From NCBI GenBank assembly GCA_041641295.1, contig JBEPYO010000001.1, positions 352,001 through 416,000 of the forward strand: a stretch of DNA of 64,000 nucleotides, read 5' to 3'. This document shows, piece by piece, positions 9,055 through 18,555 of this stretch. The notes below the pieces were generated by a model. The model searched no databases. It had not been told where the DNA came from and saw nothing but the letters and a program-made list of their open reading frames with translations. The translations under genes and the position numbers were made by a program. Position 1 is the first letter of the stretch. Each line of letters opens with the position of its first letter. The DNA comes from Nitrososphaerota archaeon. Its GTDB lineage: Archaea > Thermoproteota > Nitrososphaeria_A > Caldarchaeales > Calditenuaceae.

Positions 9055-10551
9055 TTGTTGGATTTGGTTGATTGGGAGAGGCTTGAGTTGGAGCAGATAG
9101 GCATCGTGGCTAGCCCTAGCCGTGAGACTGACGCCGACTGCATCCTCCAAGAGGGCAAGGAGAAGGAGGTGACATCTGAGACCCTAGTCCTCATTGACAA
9201 CAGGAATGGGAACAAGGTTCTTGCAGTGTGCAGGGGAGGGGTAGGCCTCAATGACAATCTTAAGATAAACTACTATAACCCCGGTGTTGCCTACGCCCGA
9301 AGCGGTAAGAGCGCTAGTGTTGCGAAAGAGTTCTTCAGCTTTAAACTCGTGGTCATCGGGGATGTCACTGATGGGGAGATTAAGCAGAATAAGACGATCA
9401 TAGCCCCGGCCTCGCCTGTCTACAAGTTCAAGGAGGGGACAAACCCTATGGAGCTTCTCGGCTCAGCCAAGCACACTCTTGGCTACTATGCGATGGGGTC
9501 TCCTCATTGGAAGGTTCCAATCCTAGCCGAATATATTCCACACCACATAGGCGTCTTTGGTGTTACTGGCTCGGGGAAATCATTCCTCTGTAGGTATGAG
9601 CTAATCCCTCTCTTGCAGAGGGCGGGATACGATATACTGGTCTTTGACTGGAAGGGGAACGACTATGCACCCTACTATCCAGACTCAGTCATAAGCATGG
9701 GAGACATCGAGCTTGATGAGACTTCCATCTACGAGTATTTACTGGAGCGGCTGGATGGATTCGGAGGTGGGAAGATCGCCGAGCATCTGCAGAGATATCT
9801 CGAGGAAGTAATCTTAGGGGGAGATTGGCGAGGCTCAGACCCCATCGAGACTATTAGCCGGCTCAAAGAGGCTATGATAAAGACAATCACGGAAGATAAC
9901 TTGGAGAAGAGTGGAAACTTATCGAAGTGGGGGGAGATATATGTTAGGAGGGCTGTGAAGTATCTCAATAGACTAAGGCCAGAGGATATTAGGCCGGTAA
10001 TGGGTAGGCTAAATGCCTCGGAGATAATCAAGCTGCTCAGGGAGAAGAAGATACTCGTCATCGACTTGAGCTATGGTTCGAAGGAGCAGAAGCTCAGCAT
10101 TTTCCTTTCCATAACCCGCCGGCTAAAGGAGCTCATGGAGGAGAAGAACAGGCTCAATATCGCCGTGCTCATCGACGAGGCACCACAATACTGCCCATGG
10201 AATCCTAGAGGAATCGAGGAGGAGACGACAAAGCACATAATAGGGCTCGCAGCCCTCGGTAGGTCATATGGGCTCTCTTTAATCCTCGTTTCACAGGGAA
10301 TCGCTGGCGAGATAGGAATCAACGCAGCAGTGAGGCGAAACCTCAACACACTCTTCATCGGCAAGATCCACCCGCTCGACGCCATGGAGGCTGAAAAATT
10401 CTTCACAACATCTTGGATCAGTGCAGATAGCCTGCTGAGACTACCCGAAGGCCAGTTCTACATGGTAGGAAAGATGAATCCCTCACCAATACCACTGCTG
10501 ATAACCTTCCAGATAGAGGAGGGAGAGAAGATCAGGCATGGAAAGCGGTGA
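9055..10551 (+). CDS. HerA/FtsK-like ATPase (DUF87), copy 1
   Basis: HAS-barrel-like N-terminus, Walker A GVTGSGKS, FDWKGNDY, Walker B LIDEA, GRSYG..SQ. Confidence 0.85.
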   Translation: MLDLVDWERLELEQIGIVASPSRETDADCILQEGKEKEVTSETLVLIDNRNGNKVLAVCRGGVGLNDNLKINYYNPGVAYARSGKSASVAKEFFSFKLVVIGDVTDGEIKQNKTIIAPASPVYKFKEGTNPMELLGSAKHTLGYYAMGSPHWKVPILAEYIPHHIGVFGVTGSGKSFLCRYELIPLLQRAGYDILVFDWKGNDYAPYYPDSVISMGDIELDETSIYEYLLERLDGFGGGKIAEHLQRYLEEVILGGDWRGSDPIETISRLKEAMIKTITEDNLEKSGNLSKWGEIYVRRAVKYLNRLRPEDIRPVMGRLNASEIIKLLREKKILVIDLSYGSKEQKLSIFLSITRRLKELMEEKNRLNIAVLIDEAPQYCPWNPRGIEEETTKHIIGLAALGRSYGLSLILVSQGIAGEIGINAAVRRNLNTLFIGKIHPLDAMEAEKFFTTSWISADSLLRLPEGQFYMVGKMNPSPIPLLITFQIEEGEKIRHGKR

Positions 10552-11821
10552 AATCCCCGAGATCTTAAAGATTCCACGCCCCCTCCAAGAGAAATTCTTT
10601 AACGCAGCAGAGGAGGAGGCTGACCGGCTCCTAAAAAGGGTTGGAGAGATTGAGAAGCTGATTGATCATCTCAGCAAGGAGGTTTCCAGAGGCATTTCGC
10701 GCATCCGGTTGAGAAGTGATTGGCGGGACATGACTATAGCCGTTGTCGACGGGTCAGATACGCCTGCCATCGATGAGAGAATCGGGGTCAGGTTTGGACT
10801 CTACGCGGCCGCCTACAAGCTCTTCAGGGGAGAGGACCCTCTGGAAAACGGTGAAGGGTATCTCGGTGACCGTCTAAATGAGCAGATACGCGTGAGTAGG
10901 GAGACCTTCCTCAAAGTGTTAGACCTCGTGACTACTTATCTGGAGAGGGTGCTTGCAGAATATCTCCTCACGCAGAGTGACCCGTATGTAGACTTGCTTA
11001 TATTGGATGGAAGTTTCCTAGGCTATAGAGCTGGCTGCAGCCTAGTAAAGCGCGAACAAATTGAGCTCACAGAGCCCGTGACTGGAAAACACTTCAGAAC
11101 CGTTTACGACCTGATCTCGGAGATTAATGCCCTCACGGAGAGGATAGCAGGTTCCGGGAGGGCTGTAGGCATCATCAAGCGCGTCCCAACAGAGGCTATT
11201 GACGGCTACATAAGGTATAGGTACGGTGAGAAGGAGGGTGTGAACCTGAGCGACAGAGCGTTGCTGAGTCTAACGATGAGCCCAGGCGAGGTCTTCAGCT
11301 ATGAGAAGTATTTCGGAGCCAGGCTTAGGATTGATGCACTCTCATGGTATAGAACTGTTGCGAGAGACCCGAAGGTTAGGGATAAGAGCCCAGAAGTGAT
11401 TTTAAGGGAGGCGGAGAGGCGTGTAAAGGTCCAGCTCATGGCAGACCTCACCGCGCCAACTTCTAGGAAGAGTCGTGGAAAAGAGTCGCAAGATAGCATT
11501 CTGAAGGTTGCAGACAGGTTGTCGAGATTTTTTGTAATGACTAGGGAAGGCCTGCCGCCAATCTGTGTCGAGGTTCCTGACACAGTTTTAGAGCGCGAGA
11601 ACCTATTGGATAACGTTTTATCCTATTGTCTTGAAACCTCTTCCCCCGTCACAGGTCTTCCGAAGAGTTTAGACCTTGTCGATGATCTTGTTTCTCTTCC
11701 ACGGGGGTTGGGCAGGGATTTTGTGACTGAGGTGGAGGCGAGGCTGCTGATGCGTGGTGTGGATAGCAGGCGGCTTGTCGCCCTTTTCAGCCGGTTCAAC
11801 CCCCAGAAAGACGAGTATTAG
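10538..11821 (+). CDS. NurA-family nuclease, copy 1
   Basis: AVVDGS, LILDGS, GIIKR, GLPKSLDLVD; overlaps upstream HerA by 14 bp. Confidence 0.8.
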   Translation: MESGEIPEILKIPRPLQEKFFNAAEEEADRLLKRVGEIEKLIDHLSKEVSRGISRIRLRSDWRDMTIAVVDGSDTPAIDERIGVRFGLYAAAYKLFRGEDPLENGEGYLGDRLNEQIRVSRETFLKVLDLVTTYLERVLAEYLLTQSDPYVDLLILDGSFLGYRAGCSLVKREQIELTEPVTGKHFRTVYDLISEINALTERIAGSGRAVGIIKRVPTEAIDGYIRYRYGEKEGVNLSDRALLSLTMSPGEVFSYEKYFGARLRIDALSWYRTVARDPKVRDKSPEVILREAERRVKVQLMADLTAPTSRKSRGKESQDSILKVADRLSRFFVMTREGLPPICVEVPDTVLERENLLDNVLSYCLETSSPVTGLPKSLDLVDDLVSLPRGLGRDFVTEVEARLLMRGVDSRRLVALFSRFNPQKDEY

Positions 11822-13536
11822 AGTGGGGCGTTTTTAGCAGCCTTCAACGAGTCGTCTATCTCGCCCACGTTGTTTGCACGCCTGTTGATGAGGTCTAGAA
11901 TCCAGTGGGTCAGCTGCTGCAGTGTCAGCCCCTTCGCCAACCTCCCCTTATAGTCTCTGAGAGTCAAGGTCTCATTTTCCTCCTCCTCATCACCAACTAT
12001 AGCCATGAAGGAAGCCCTTAACTGGTGGGCTGCCCTTATCCTTTTCTCCAAAGTCCCCTCAACCCAGAGCTCAGCCCTAATACCAGCGTCGCAAAGGGCG
12101 TTCTTCACCTTCGAGGCGTAAGCGACATTCTTCTCACTCACAGGAAGGACTACCAGCTGTGTGGGCGATAGCCAGAGTGGCAGCCTCCAGTTATAGTGCT
12201 CCAAGAGGATGCCCATGAATCTCTCAATGGAACCTAGGATTGCACGATGTATCATAACCGGCCTTCTATACGACCCGTCCTTATCGACGTATTTCAAGTC
12301 AAGCCTCTCGGGAAGGAAGAAGTCCAGCTGGATCGTGGAGCACTGCCACCGCCTACCCAGCGAGTCAACAACGTCAACATCGATCTTCGGCCCATAGAAT
12401 GCGCCTTCTCCCTCTTTCACCTCATAGCTCAAGCCAGAGTCTAACAAGGCCTTCTTCAGTGCCTCGGTCGCCTCATCCCACTTGGCCGGGTCGCCTATGA
12501 ATGACTCCGGCCTCGTCGAAAGCGTGGCATATATCTCTCCATTCAAGGTTAACTCGAAAACGTGGATCACCTCTCCGAGAATCTTAGCGATTGTCTGCTC
12601 AACTTGGTCGGGTCTGACAAAGGCGTGTCCATCGTCCTGGGTTATGCTTCTAACCCTGAAGAGGCCTGTGAGCTCACCTGGCTGCTCGTTTCTATACACT
12701 GTGCCGAACTCTGAAAGCATTATTGGTAGATCGCGATAACTTCTTGGCCTGCTTGCGTATATCATTGCGTGTCCCGGACAGTTCATTGGCTTTACAACAT
12801 ACTCCTCTCCACGCGCAGTTAGAATAAACATTCTTTCACGATAGTGCTCGTAGTGGCCGGTCTGATACCATATATCTGACTTGAACAGGTGTGGCGTCCA
12901 GACCTCCTCGAAGCCCAGCCGCGAGTTTACCTCCCTTATCAGCTTTATCAACTCATCCCTGATTATCCTTCCACGCGCGTGGAATATGGGGAAGCCTGAG
13001 CCGAGTATTGGGTGTATGCTGAAGAGGTCTAGTTCCCTCCCCATCTCGACGTGGCGCGTCTCCCTCTCCTCCGATACAGCGGCTACGACTGGCTGGCCCT
13101 CCTCCACCCTCCTCAACCTGAGCGTCTCGTGAGAGACAGACCTAAACTGCTCGGCCAAGGGATGACCCTTTACCGAGATGCTGAAGCGTTTGTTCCAGCC
13201 GAATGGGGCCCTATGGACTTTAAGCCCCATCCCGGCTGCTTTCTTCTCCAAGTATCTGACCATGTGTAGCGCTTTCATGGGTGGGGCTAGAGCGTTGCTG
13301 AGGTGGGCGTATGGGTATATGACCAGCGTGTCCGCCCCAAGCTTCTCCATCGACTCCGCAACATCCTTTAAAAGGGCGTCCGCAACCTCCTCGTCATCCT
13401 TCTCCTCTATAGTCGTGAATAAGACAACGGCGTCCCTGACGCTAGTTGTGCTGGGTTGGATGTCTTCAAAGACAGCACCCTCACGCCTGATAGGTTCATA
13501 CTCAATGTAGTCGACATGTAGTTGTAGTGCTTTCAT
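11818..13536 (-). CDS. thrS: Threonyl-tRNA synthetase with archaeal N-terminal editing domain
   Basis: YPYAHLS and GHPLAE editing domain, KPMNCP, QDDGH, FYGPKID, HRAILGSIERF. Confidence 0.97.
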   Translation of the reverse strand: MKALQLHVDYIEYEPIRREGAVFEDIQPSTTSVRDAVVLFTTIEEKDDEEVADALLKDVAESMEKLGADTLVIYPYAHLSNALAPPMKALHMVRYLEKKAAGMGLKVHRAPFGWNKRFSISVKGHPLAEQFRSVSHETLRLRRVEEGQPVVAAVSEERETRHVEMGRELDLFSIHPILGSGFPIFHARGRIIRDELIKLIREVNSRLGFEEVWTPHLFKSDIWYQTGHYEHYRERMFILTARGEEYVVKPMNCPGHAMIYASRPRSYRDLPIMLSEFGTVYRNEQPGELTGLFRVRSITQDDGHAFVRPDQVEQTIAKILGEVIHVFELTLNGEIYATLSTRPESFIGDPAKWDEATEALKKALLDSGLSYEVKEGEGAFYGPKIDVDVVDSLGRRWQCSTIQLDFFLPERLDLKYVDKDGSYRRPVMIHRAILGSIERFMGILLEHYNWRLPLWLSPTQLVVLPVSEKNVAYASKVKNALCDAGIRAELWVEGTLEKRIRAAHQLRASFMAIVGDEEEENETLTLRDYKGRLAKGLTLQQLTHWILDLINRRANNVGEIDDSLKAAKNAPL

Positions 13537-13614
13537 CCCATCGCTAAACAACGGACAGAGAATACCTATAATTAAAAATATCTCGCCGCTGATTATTCGG
13601 GGCTGGGGAGTTTA

Positions 13615-14244
13615 TTGCAGCAGCGGAGCAGGAAAGAGCTGCAGAGGGGGCTTGTAAACCGGCTGGCTGGTGGATTGATTAGATTTTTTGTGGAGCGAGG
13701 AATCTCGCCCTTCCACCTCACCTACGCGTCTTTCACTCTGTCAGTAATCTCCGCGGTCTTCTACGCTTTGACAGGAGCCTCAATACTGTTTACAGCCTTT
13801 GGAGGAGTATCATGGCTTATTTCAGGATTCTTCGACGCCATAGACGGAGAGGTCGCACGCCTCTCATCAAAAACCACTAAGCTAGGCGCGTATCTAGACT
13901 CCATGTTTGACAAGGCTGGGGAAGCTCTCGTGTGCATCGGGATACTGCTCTCCGGCATAGTCGACGGTATAGCAGTACTGCTATTCTGCGCCACATCCCT
14001 TCTCGTAAGCTATGCTAGGGCTAGGGCGGAGGGGGTGGGGGTCTCGCTGAAGGGCGTCGGGATAGCCGAGAGGGCTGAGAGGATAATCCTCATAGCAGCG
14101 GCCTCCCTAATAGTCCCCCTCTACCCAGCCTCCCTAAACATAGCCCTATACCTAGGGGCGGCTCTGGCATCAATAACCGTCGCCTGGAGGACACTCCACG
14201 TTATAGGATCTCTAAGGGGAGAGAGGCCCGGCGCCGAGGCATAG
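13615..14244 (+). CDS. CDP-alcohol phosphatidyltransferase (archaetidylinositol phosphate synthase-like)
   Basis: DAIDGEVAR..GAYLDSMFD signature, SYARARAE, ERAER. Confidence 0.9.
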   Translation: MQQRSRKELQRGLVNRLAGGLIRFFVERGISPFHLTYASFTLSVISAVFYALTGASILFTAFGGVSWLISGFFDAIDGEVARLSSKTTKLGAYLDSMFDKAGEALVCIGILLSGIVDGIAVLLFCATSLLVSYARARAEGVGVSLKGVGIAERAERIILIAAASLIVPLYPASLNIALYLGAALASITVAWRTLHVIGSLRGERPGAEA

Positions 14245-14277
14245 TTAAAATTCTCGAGGCCACCCACCAGATGGTAG

Positions 14278-14835
14278 ATGCGCATACCGGAGGAGTGGAG
14301 CACTGAAAACATCGTCATAAACGACCCGGGTCTAAAGGCATACATATGTCTCAGACCCACACTGGTACCTCACTCTGGAGGGAGGCACGAGCACAGAAGG
14401 TTCGGGAAGGCTGAAGTCCACATAGTCGAGAGGCTGGCAAACATGTTCATGAGACCGGGAAAAAACGGTGGGAAGAAGTATAGAGGGCTACAGATTGTGT
14501 TAAACGCCCTCAGAATAGTCCAGCTGAGGACTCGGGAAAACCCCCTGCAAGTCCTTATCAGGGCAATAGAGAACTCGGCCCCGCGGGAAGACGTGACAAG
14601 AGTAACCTATGGTGGGATAACCTACTTCAAGGCCGTGGACATCTCGCCCCAGAGGCGCCTAGACTTGGCTCTTAGGTGGCTAGCCGAGGCGGCCAGGACC
14701 GCCTCCTTCAGGAGCCCCCTAACCACGGAGGAGGCTTTGGCGAATGAGCTAATTCTGGCGGCAAGCAATGATGTAAGGAGCTACGCCATAAAAAAGAAGA
14801 ACGAGCAGGAAAGAGTAGCCCTAGCCTCTAGGTAG
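14278..14835 (+). CDS. rps7: 30S ribosomal protein S7
   Basis: HIVERLAN, AIENSAPRED, AVDISPQRRLD, ERVALASR. Confidence 0.97.
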   Translation: MRIPEEWSTENIVINDPGLKAYICLRPTLVPHSGGRHEHRRFGKAEVHIVERLANMFMRPGKNGGKKYRGLQIVLNALRIVQLRTRENPLQVLIRAIENSAPREDVTRVTYGGITYFKAVDISPQRRLDLALRWLAEAARTASFRSPLTTEEALANELILAASNDVRSYAIKKKNEQERVALASR

Positions 14836-14902
14836 TTTTCTGGCGTTGCTGGGGCCAGAGTGGGCTTAAATAGGAGCAGTAATAATTTTAATCGAGTCTG
14901 AA

Positions 14903-16201
14903 TTGTCTCAGAAGCCACACCTAAACCTCATAGTGATTGGGCATGTAGACCATGGAAAATCGACGACTATGGGGCACTTCCTAGTGCTGAACAAGACAAT
15001 CGACGAGAGACAGCTAAAACAGCTGGAAGAGGAGGCTAAAAGACTGGGTAAAGACACCTTCGTCTACGCCTTCATCATGGACTCGATAAAAGAGGAGAGG
15101 GAGAGGGGCCTGACGATCCAGCTGAGCTTCCAGAAATTCGAGACAAAGAAGTACTTCTTCACAATCATAGACGCTCCAGGACATAGAGACTTCGTCAAAA
15201 ACATGATCACGGGCGCATCACAGGCAGATGCAGCTATACTTGTCGTCTCAGCCAAGAAAGGTGAGTATGAGGTAGGAATATCTACAGGCGGCCAAACCAG
15301 GGAGCACCTATTCCTGTCATTCATGCTCGGTATAAGACAGTTCATCGTCTTAGTAAATAAGATGGACGACGCATCGGTCAACTGGTCGAAAGAAAGGTAC
15401 GAAGAAGTCAAGCAGGGAGTCTCCGCACTCATGAAACAGATAGGCATCGACCCGTCAAAGATCCCATTCATACCAATATCGGGATGGACTGGGGACAACT
15501 TGGTCAGCAAGAGCGACAAGATGCCCTGGTACACAGGCCCCACGCTCTTGGAGGCTCTTGACCTGTTCCAAGAACCACCCAAGCCGATAGACAAGCCTTT
15601 GAGGCTGCCTATCCAGGCGGTCTACTCGATTAAGGGTGTCGGCACGGTACCAGTTGGGCGTGTAGAGACAGGAGTCCTGAAGCCTGGAGACCAGGTAGTT
15701 ATAATGCCGGGCAACATTAGGGCTGAGGTAAAGAGCATTGAGATGCATCACACACCGCTGCAGCAGGCAGTGCCGGGGGACAACATAGGGTTTAACCTTA
15801 AGGGTGTAGACAAGTCGCAGCTCTCAAGAGGTATGGTGGTGAGCCATGTGGATAATCCGTGTAAAGTTGCTGAGGAGTTTGAGGCTCAGATAATTGTGAT
15901 AAACCATCCGACAGCGGTGGCAGTGGGTTACACCCCAGTGATGCACATCCACACCGCGCAGGTTGCCGTCAAGTTTAAGGAGCTTAAGGCTAAGATCGAC
16001 CCGAGAACAGGCCAGGTAGTTGAGCAGAACCCACAGTTCCTCAAGACGGGTGATGCGGCTCTAGTTGTACTACAGCCATTGAGGCCGGTAGCCCTAGAGG
16101 CCTACAGCGACTTCCCACAGCTCGGGAGATTCGCTATTAGAGACATGGGAATGACTGTTGCCGCAGGCGTAGTTAGAAGGATAACGAAGCTGGCCGCCTA
16201 A
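14903..16201 (+). CDS. tuf: Elongation factor 1-alpha
   Basis: GHVDHGKST, DAPGHRDFVKNMITG, NKMD, GRFAIRDMG; TTG start. Confidence 0.99.
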   Translation: MSQKPHLNLIVIGHVDHGKSTTMGHFLVLNKTIDERQLKQLEEEAKRLGKDTFVYAFIMDSIKEERERGLTIQLSFQKFETKKYFFTIIDAPGHRDFVKNMITGASQADAAILVVSAKKGEYEVGISTGGQTREHLFLSFMLGIRQFIVLVNKMDDASVNWSKERYEEVKQGVSALMKQIGIDPSKIPFIPISGWTGDNLVSKSDKMPWYTGPTLLEALDLFQEPPKPIDKPLRLPIQAVYSIKGVGTVPVGRVETGVLKPGDQVVIMPGNIRAEVKSIEMHHTPLQQAVPGDNIGFNLKGVDKSQLSRGMVVSHVDNPCKVAEEFEAQIIVINHPTAVAVGYTPVMHIHTAQVAVKFKELKAKIDPRTGQVVEQNPQFLKTGDAALVVLQPLRPVALEAYSDFPQLGRFAIRDMGMTVAAGVVRRITKLAA

Positions 16202-16516
16202 CTAGGTGCTTAGCCTCATCTCAACCGAGACTTCCTCAGGTATTTGTATCCTCATAAGTTCTCTCATAACCCTAGGGTCATTGATAACAAGGTCTATCAC
16301 CCTCCTATGCATTCTCAACTCCCACTTCCTCCAAGTCTTAGTCCCCTCCCCGCATGGAGATTTTCTCACCGGCAGAACTAGCCGCCGCGTCGGTAGGGGC
16401 GTGGGGCCCCGCATCTTGGCCCCAGTCCTCTCTACGATCCCCTTAATCTCCCTACATATCGACTCGAGCTTCTCTAAGTCCGTTGACGTCAGCTTTATCC
16501 TCACGACCTGCTGCAT
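16202..16516 (-). CDS. rps10: 30S ribosomal protein S10
   Basis: GPTPLPT, RKSPCGEGTKTW, ELRMHRR. Confidence 0.97.
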   Translation of the reverse strand: MQQVVRIKLTSTDLEKLESICREIKGIVERTGAKMRGPTPLPTRRLVLPVRKSPCGEGTKTWRKWELRMHRRVIDLVINDPRVMRELMRIQIPEEVSVEMRLST

Positions 16517-16557
16517 GGGAAACCGCACATGAGATAGCTAAGAGGACTATATTAGCT

Positions 16558-17520
16558 TCAGCCTTGGGGTGTGAGAGCCCCCAGAATGACGTATTGTAGG
16601 ACGATTGACAGGTATATTAGAGAGAGGCAAATGAGTGCTGCGATATGCCATCTTAAACTTCTGAGGTGTGAGAGGGAGCTTGTTAAAAGTAAGAAGCTGA
16701 TGAACTGTGAGGACACGAGAGCGACATTGGCTGCAAGCGAGGTGGGGACTATGCTGCTTGGTGAGTGGAACCACGCCCACCCCACAACCTTCGCTATGAA
16801 GAGCAGGAACGGATATAACGACATGGGCAGGATGCCTATAGATACTGCCGCCAGCCCCTTCAGAGCCGACCTGTTAAATGTTACAACGCTCAATATGAAA
16901 TCCCTAACACGTTTTAGTGTATTGTCTTCCTGCTTTCCCAGTATCCTTCTTTTTCTTAACTCGTCGTAGAGAGCTGTAAGGGCTGACAGGTAGATGTAGA
17001 TGAAGGCGATCGTCCCAAGCATGGTTAGTATGGAGCCCATCAAGTCAAAGTTACGCCAGTGATAGACGTGGAGCCCAATTAGGGATATCTTCCCGTTGAG
17101 GTATAGGGCCATGTTCAAAAGGGCGCTTAGAGATCCTAGAATGACGGCGATTACGGTCCTGTCTAGCGCGGGTCCTAGTATCCAGCTTGGATGGATAACA
17201 GTGGTGAACAGGCGGTCAAGAAAGCTTTGCGGGTTCTTAACATTCTCGAGAAGGAGTGGGTCGCCTGCTTTCAGCATCTTGTAAACTTCCAGCCCTTTCT
17301 CTGTGAGATAGTAGTTGCGTTTACTATCTTGAGCCACGAATGGTTCAAGCTGTTTAAGATTATAGTATAGGCTCCCAGTGCTTATCTGTAGGCTCGCCCT
17401 GAGAGCAGATGCACTGACCCTTCCTGCGTCGCCGATAGCCAGTATAATTCGGCGCCTAGTCCTGTGGTTGAGAAGCCAGACTGGGTTATCTTCAGAAGTG
17501 TCATTGACAGACGCTGCCAA
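16558..17520 (-). CDS. ArsR-like wHTH domain fused to a multi-pass membrane domain
   Basis: LNHRTRRRII..ISTGSLYYNLKQL..YYLTEKG followed by about 5 hydrophobic helices. Confidence 0.75.
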   Translation of the reverse strand: MAASVNDTSEDNPVWLLNHRTRRRIILAIGDAGRVSASALRASLQISTGSLYYNLKQLEPFVAQDSKRNYYLTEKGLEVYKMLKAGDPLLLENVKNPQSFLDRLFTTVIHPSWILGPALDRTVIAVILGSLSALLNMALYLNGKISLIGLHVYHWRNFDLMGSILTMLGTIAFIYIYLSALTALYDELRKRRILGKQEDNTLKRVRDFILSVVTFNRSALKGLAAVSIGILPMSLYPFLLFIAKVVGWAWFHSPSSIVPTSLAANVALVSSQFISFLLLTSSLSHLRSLRWHIAALICLSLIYLSIVLQYVILGALTPQG

Positions 17521-17565
17521 GGCTGACCTTACTTAAATGATTTCATGCATTTAAACATTGCAGGG

Positions 17566-17630
17566 GGCGGCTCAGATAAATGCCTTGAATACATCAAGAT
17601 TCCTCGTAACTCTGAGTCTTCATCGCCGCC
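17566..17630 (-). ncRNA. Box C/D guide sRNA, predicted to target 23S rRNA H69/H71
   Basis: Minus strand: GGCGGC-G-ATGAAGA(C)-CTCAGAGTTACG-AGGA(D')-ATCT-TGATGTA(C')-TTCAAGGCATTTAT-CTGA(D)-GCCGCC; 6-bp terminal stem; TATA-like CTTATATG about 25 bp upstream; guides complementary to conserved archaeal 23S GUAACUCUGA and AAAUGCCUUG. Confidence 0.85.
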
Positions 17631-17724
17631 TAATCATTGTTGTAGGGCATCTGCATATAAGGCTTGCAGCCGCCTACACCTAGTAAGTTTTAAAGTGGGG
17701 GGGAGTAATTATCATCCTCAGCGC

Positions 17725-18555
17725 ATGTCAGAGTCTTCTGAGTCGCGAATCAAACACGGCGACAGGGTCTTGATAGTTACTGAGACGGGGCATAGATATT
17801 TCCTGACCCTGAGGAAGGGTCAGCTCTTCCACACGGCTGACGGCTATTTCGAGACGGACAAGATAACATCTCTGTCCGAGGGTGGTGAAGTTCGGAGCAA
17901 CATAGGGAGACGAGGAGTTGTATTCAGGCCGCTACTACTAGAACACTTATTATCTCTCCCGAGGAGGACACAGATCATCTACCCCAAGGATTTTGGATTC
18001 ATTCTAGTTGTCTCAGGCGTTAGACCGGGCTCTCGGGTGGTTGAAGGCGGGACTGGAAGCGGTGTACTGGCACTCCTACTCGCAGCCTACGTAGCCCCGA
18101 ACGGCAAGATATACAGCTACGACATCGATGGAGAGAACTTCCCCACAATTATGAAGATGGCTGAAAGGCTAGGTCTCTCGGACGTACTAGAGTTGAAGAA
18201 GGGAGATATTTACAGTGGTGTGGAGGAGGTGGACGTTGACGCCTTCATCGCCGACGTTCCCCAGCCTTGGGATGCCGTAGACCAGGCTAAGAAGGCCCTC
18301 AGGGGTGGAGGAATGTTCGTCTCGATAGTGCCAACAGTGGAGCAGTTGGTTAAGACGAGTGAGAAGCTTAGGGAGCGGGGATTCCTAGAGTACTTCAGTG
18401 GAGAGTTAATGATAAGGCCTTGGAGGGTTAGGCAGGGGATGACCCGTCCACACCACATATCGAGGGCACACACCGTTTTCATAGTTGTGGCGAGAAAAAC
18501 CGAGTGTGAGAACCTCTCCGACTGGACTCTTAAACTACCCGACGGCCTCAGGTGA
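17725..18555 (+). CDS. trmI: tRNA (adenine-N1)-methyltransferase TrmI
   Basis: RRTQIIYPKD, VVEGGTGSG, DVPQPW; ATG at 17725 preferred over the ORF-track start. Confidence 0.92.
   Translation: MSESSESRIKHGDRVLIVTETGHRYFLTLRKGQLFHTADGYFETDKITSLSEGGEVRSNIGRRGVVFRPLLLEHLLSLPRRTQIIYPKDFGFILVVSGVRPGSRVVEGGTGSGVLALLLAAYVAPNGKIYSYDIDGENFPTIMKMAERLGLSDVLELKKGDIYSGVEEVDVDAFIADVPQPWDAVDQAKKALRGGGMFVSIVPTVEQLVKTSEKLRERGFLEYFSGELMIRPWRVRQGMTRPHHISRAHTVFIVVARKTECENLSDWTLKLPDGLR

Noticed and set aside
17545-17724. N-terminal extension of the TrmI ORF
   Set aside because: No TrmI-like sequence; the region holds the C/D sRNA and promoters
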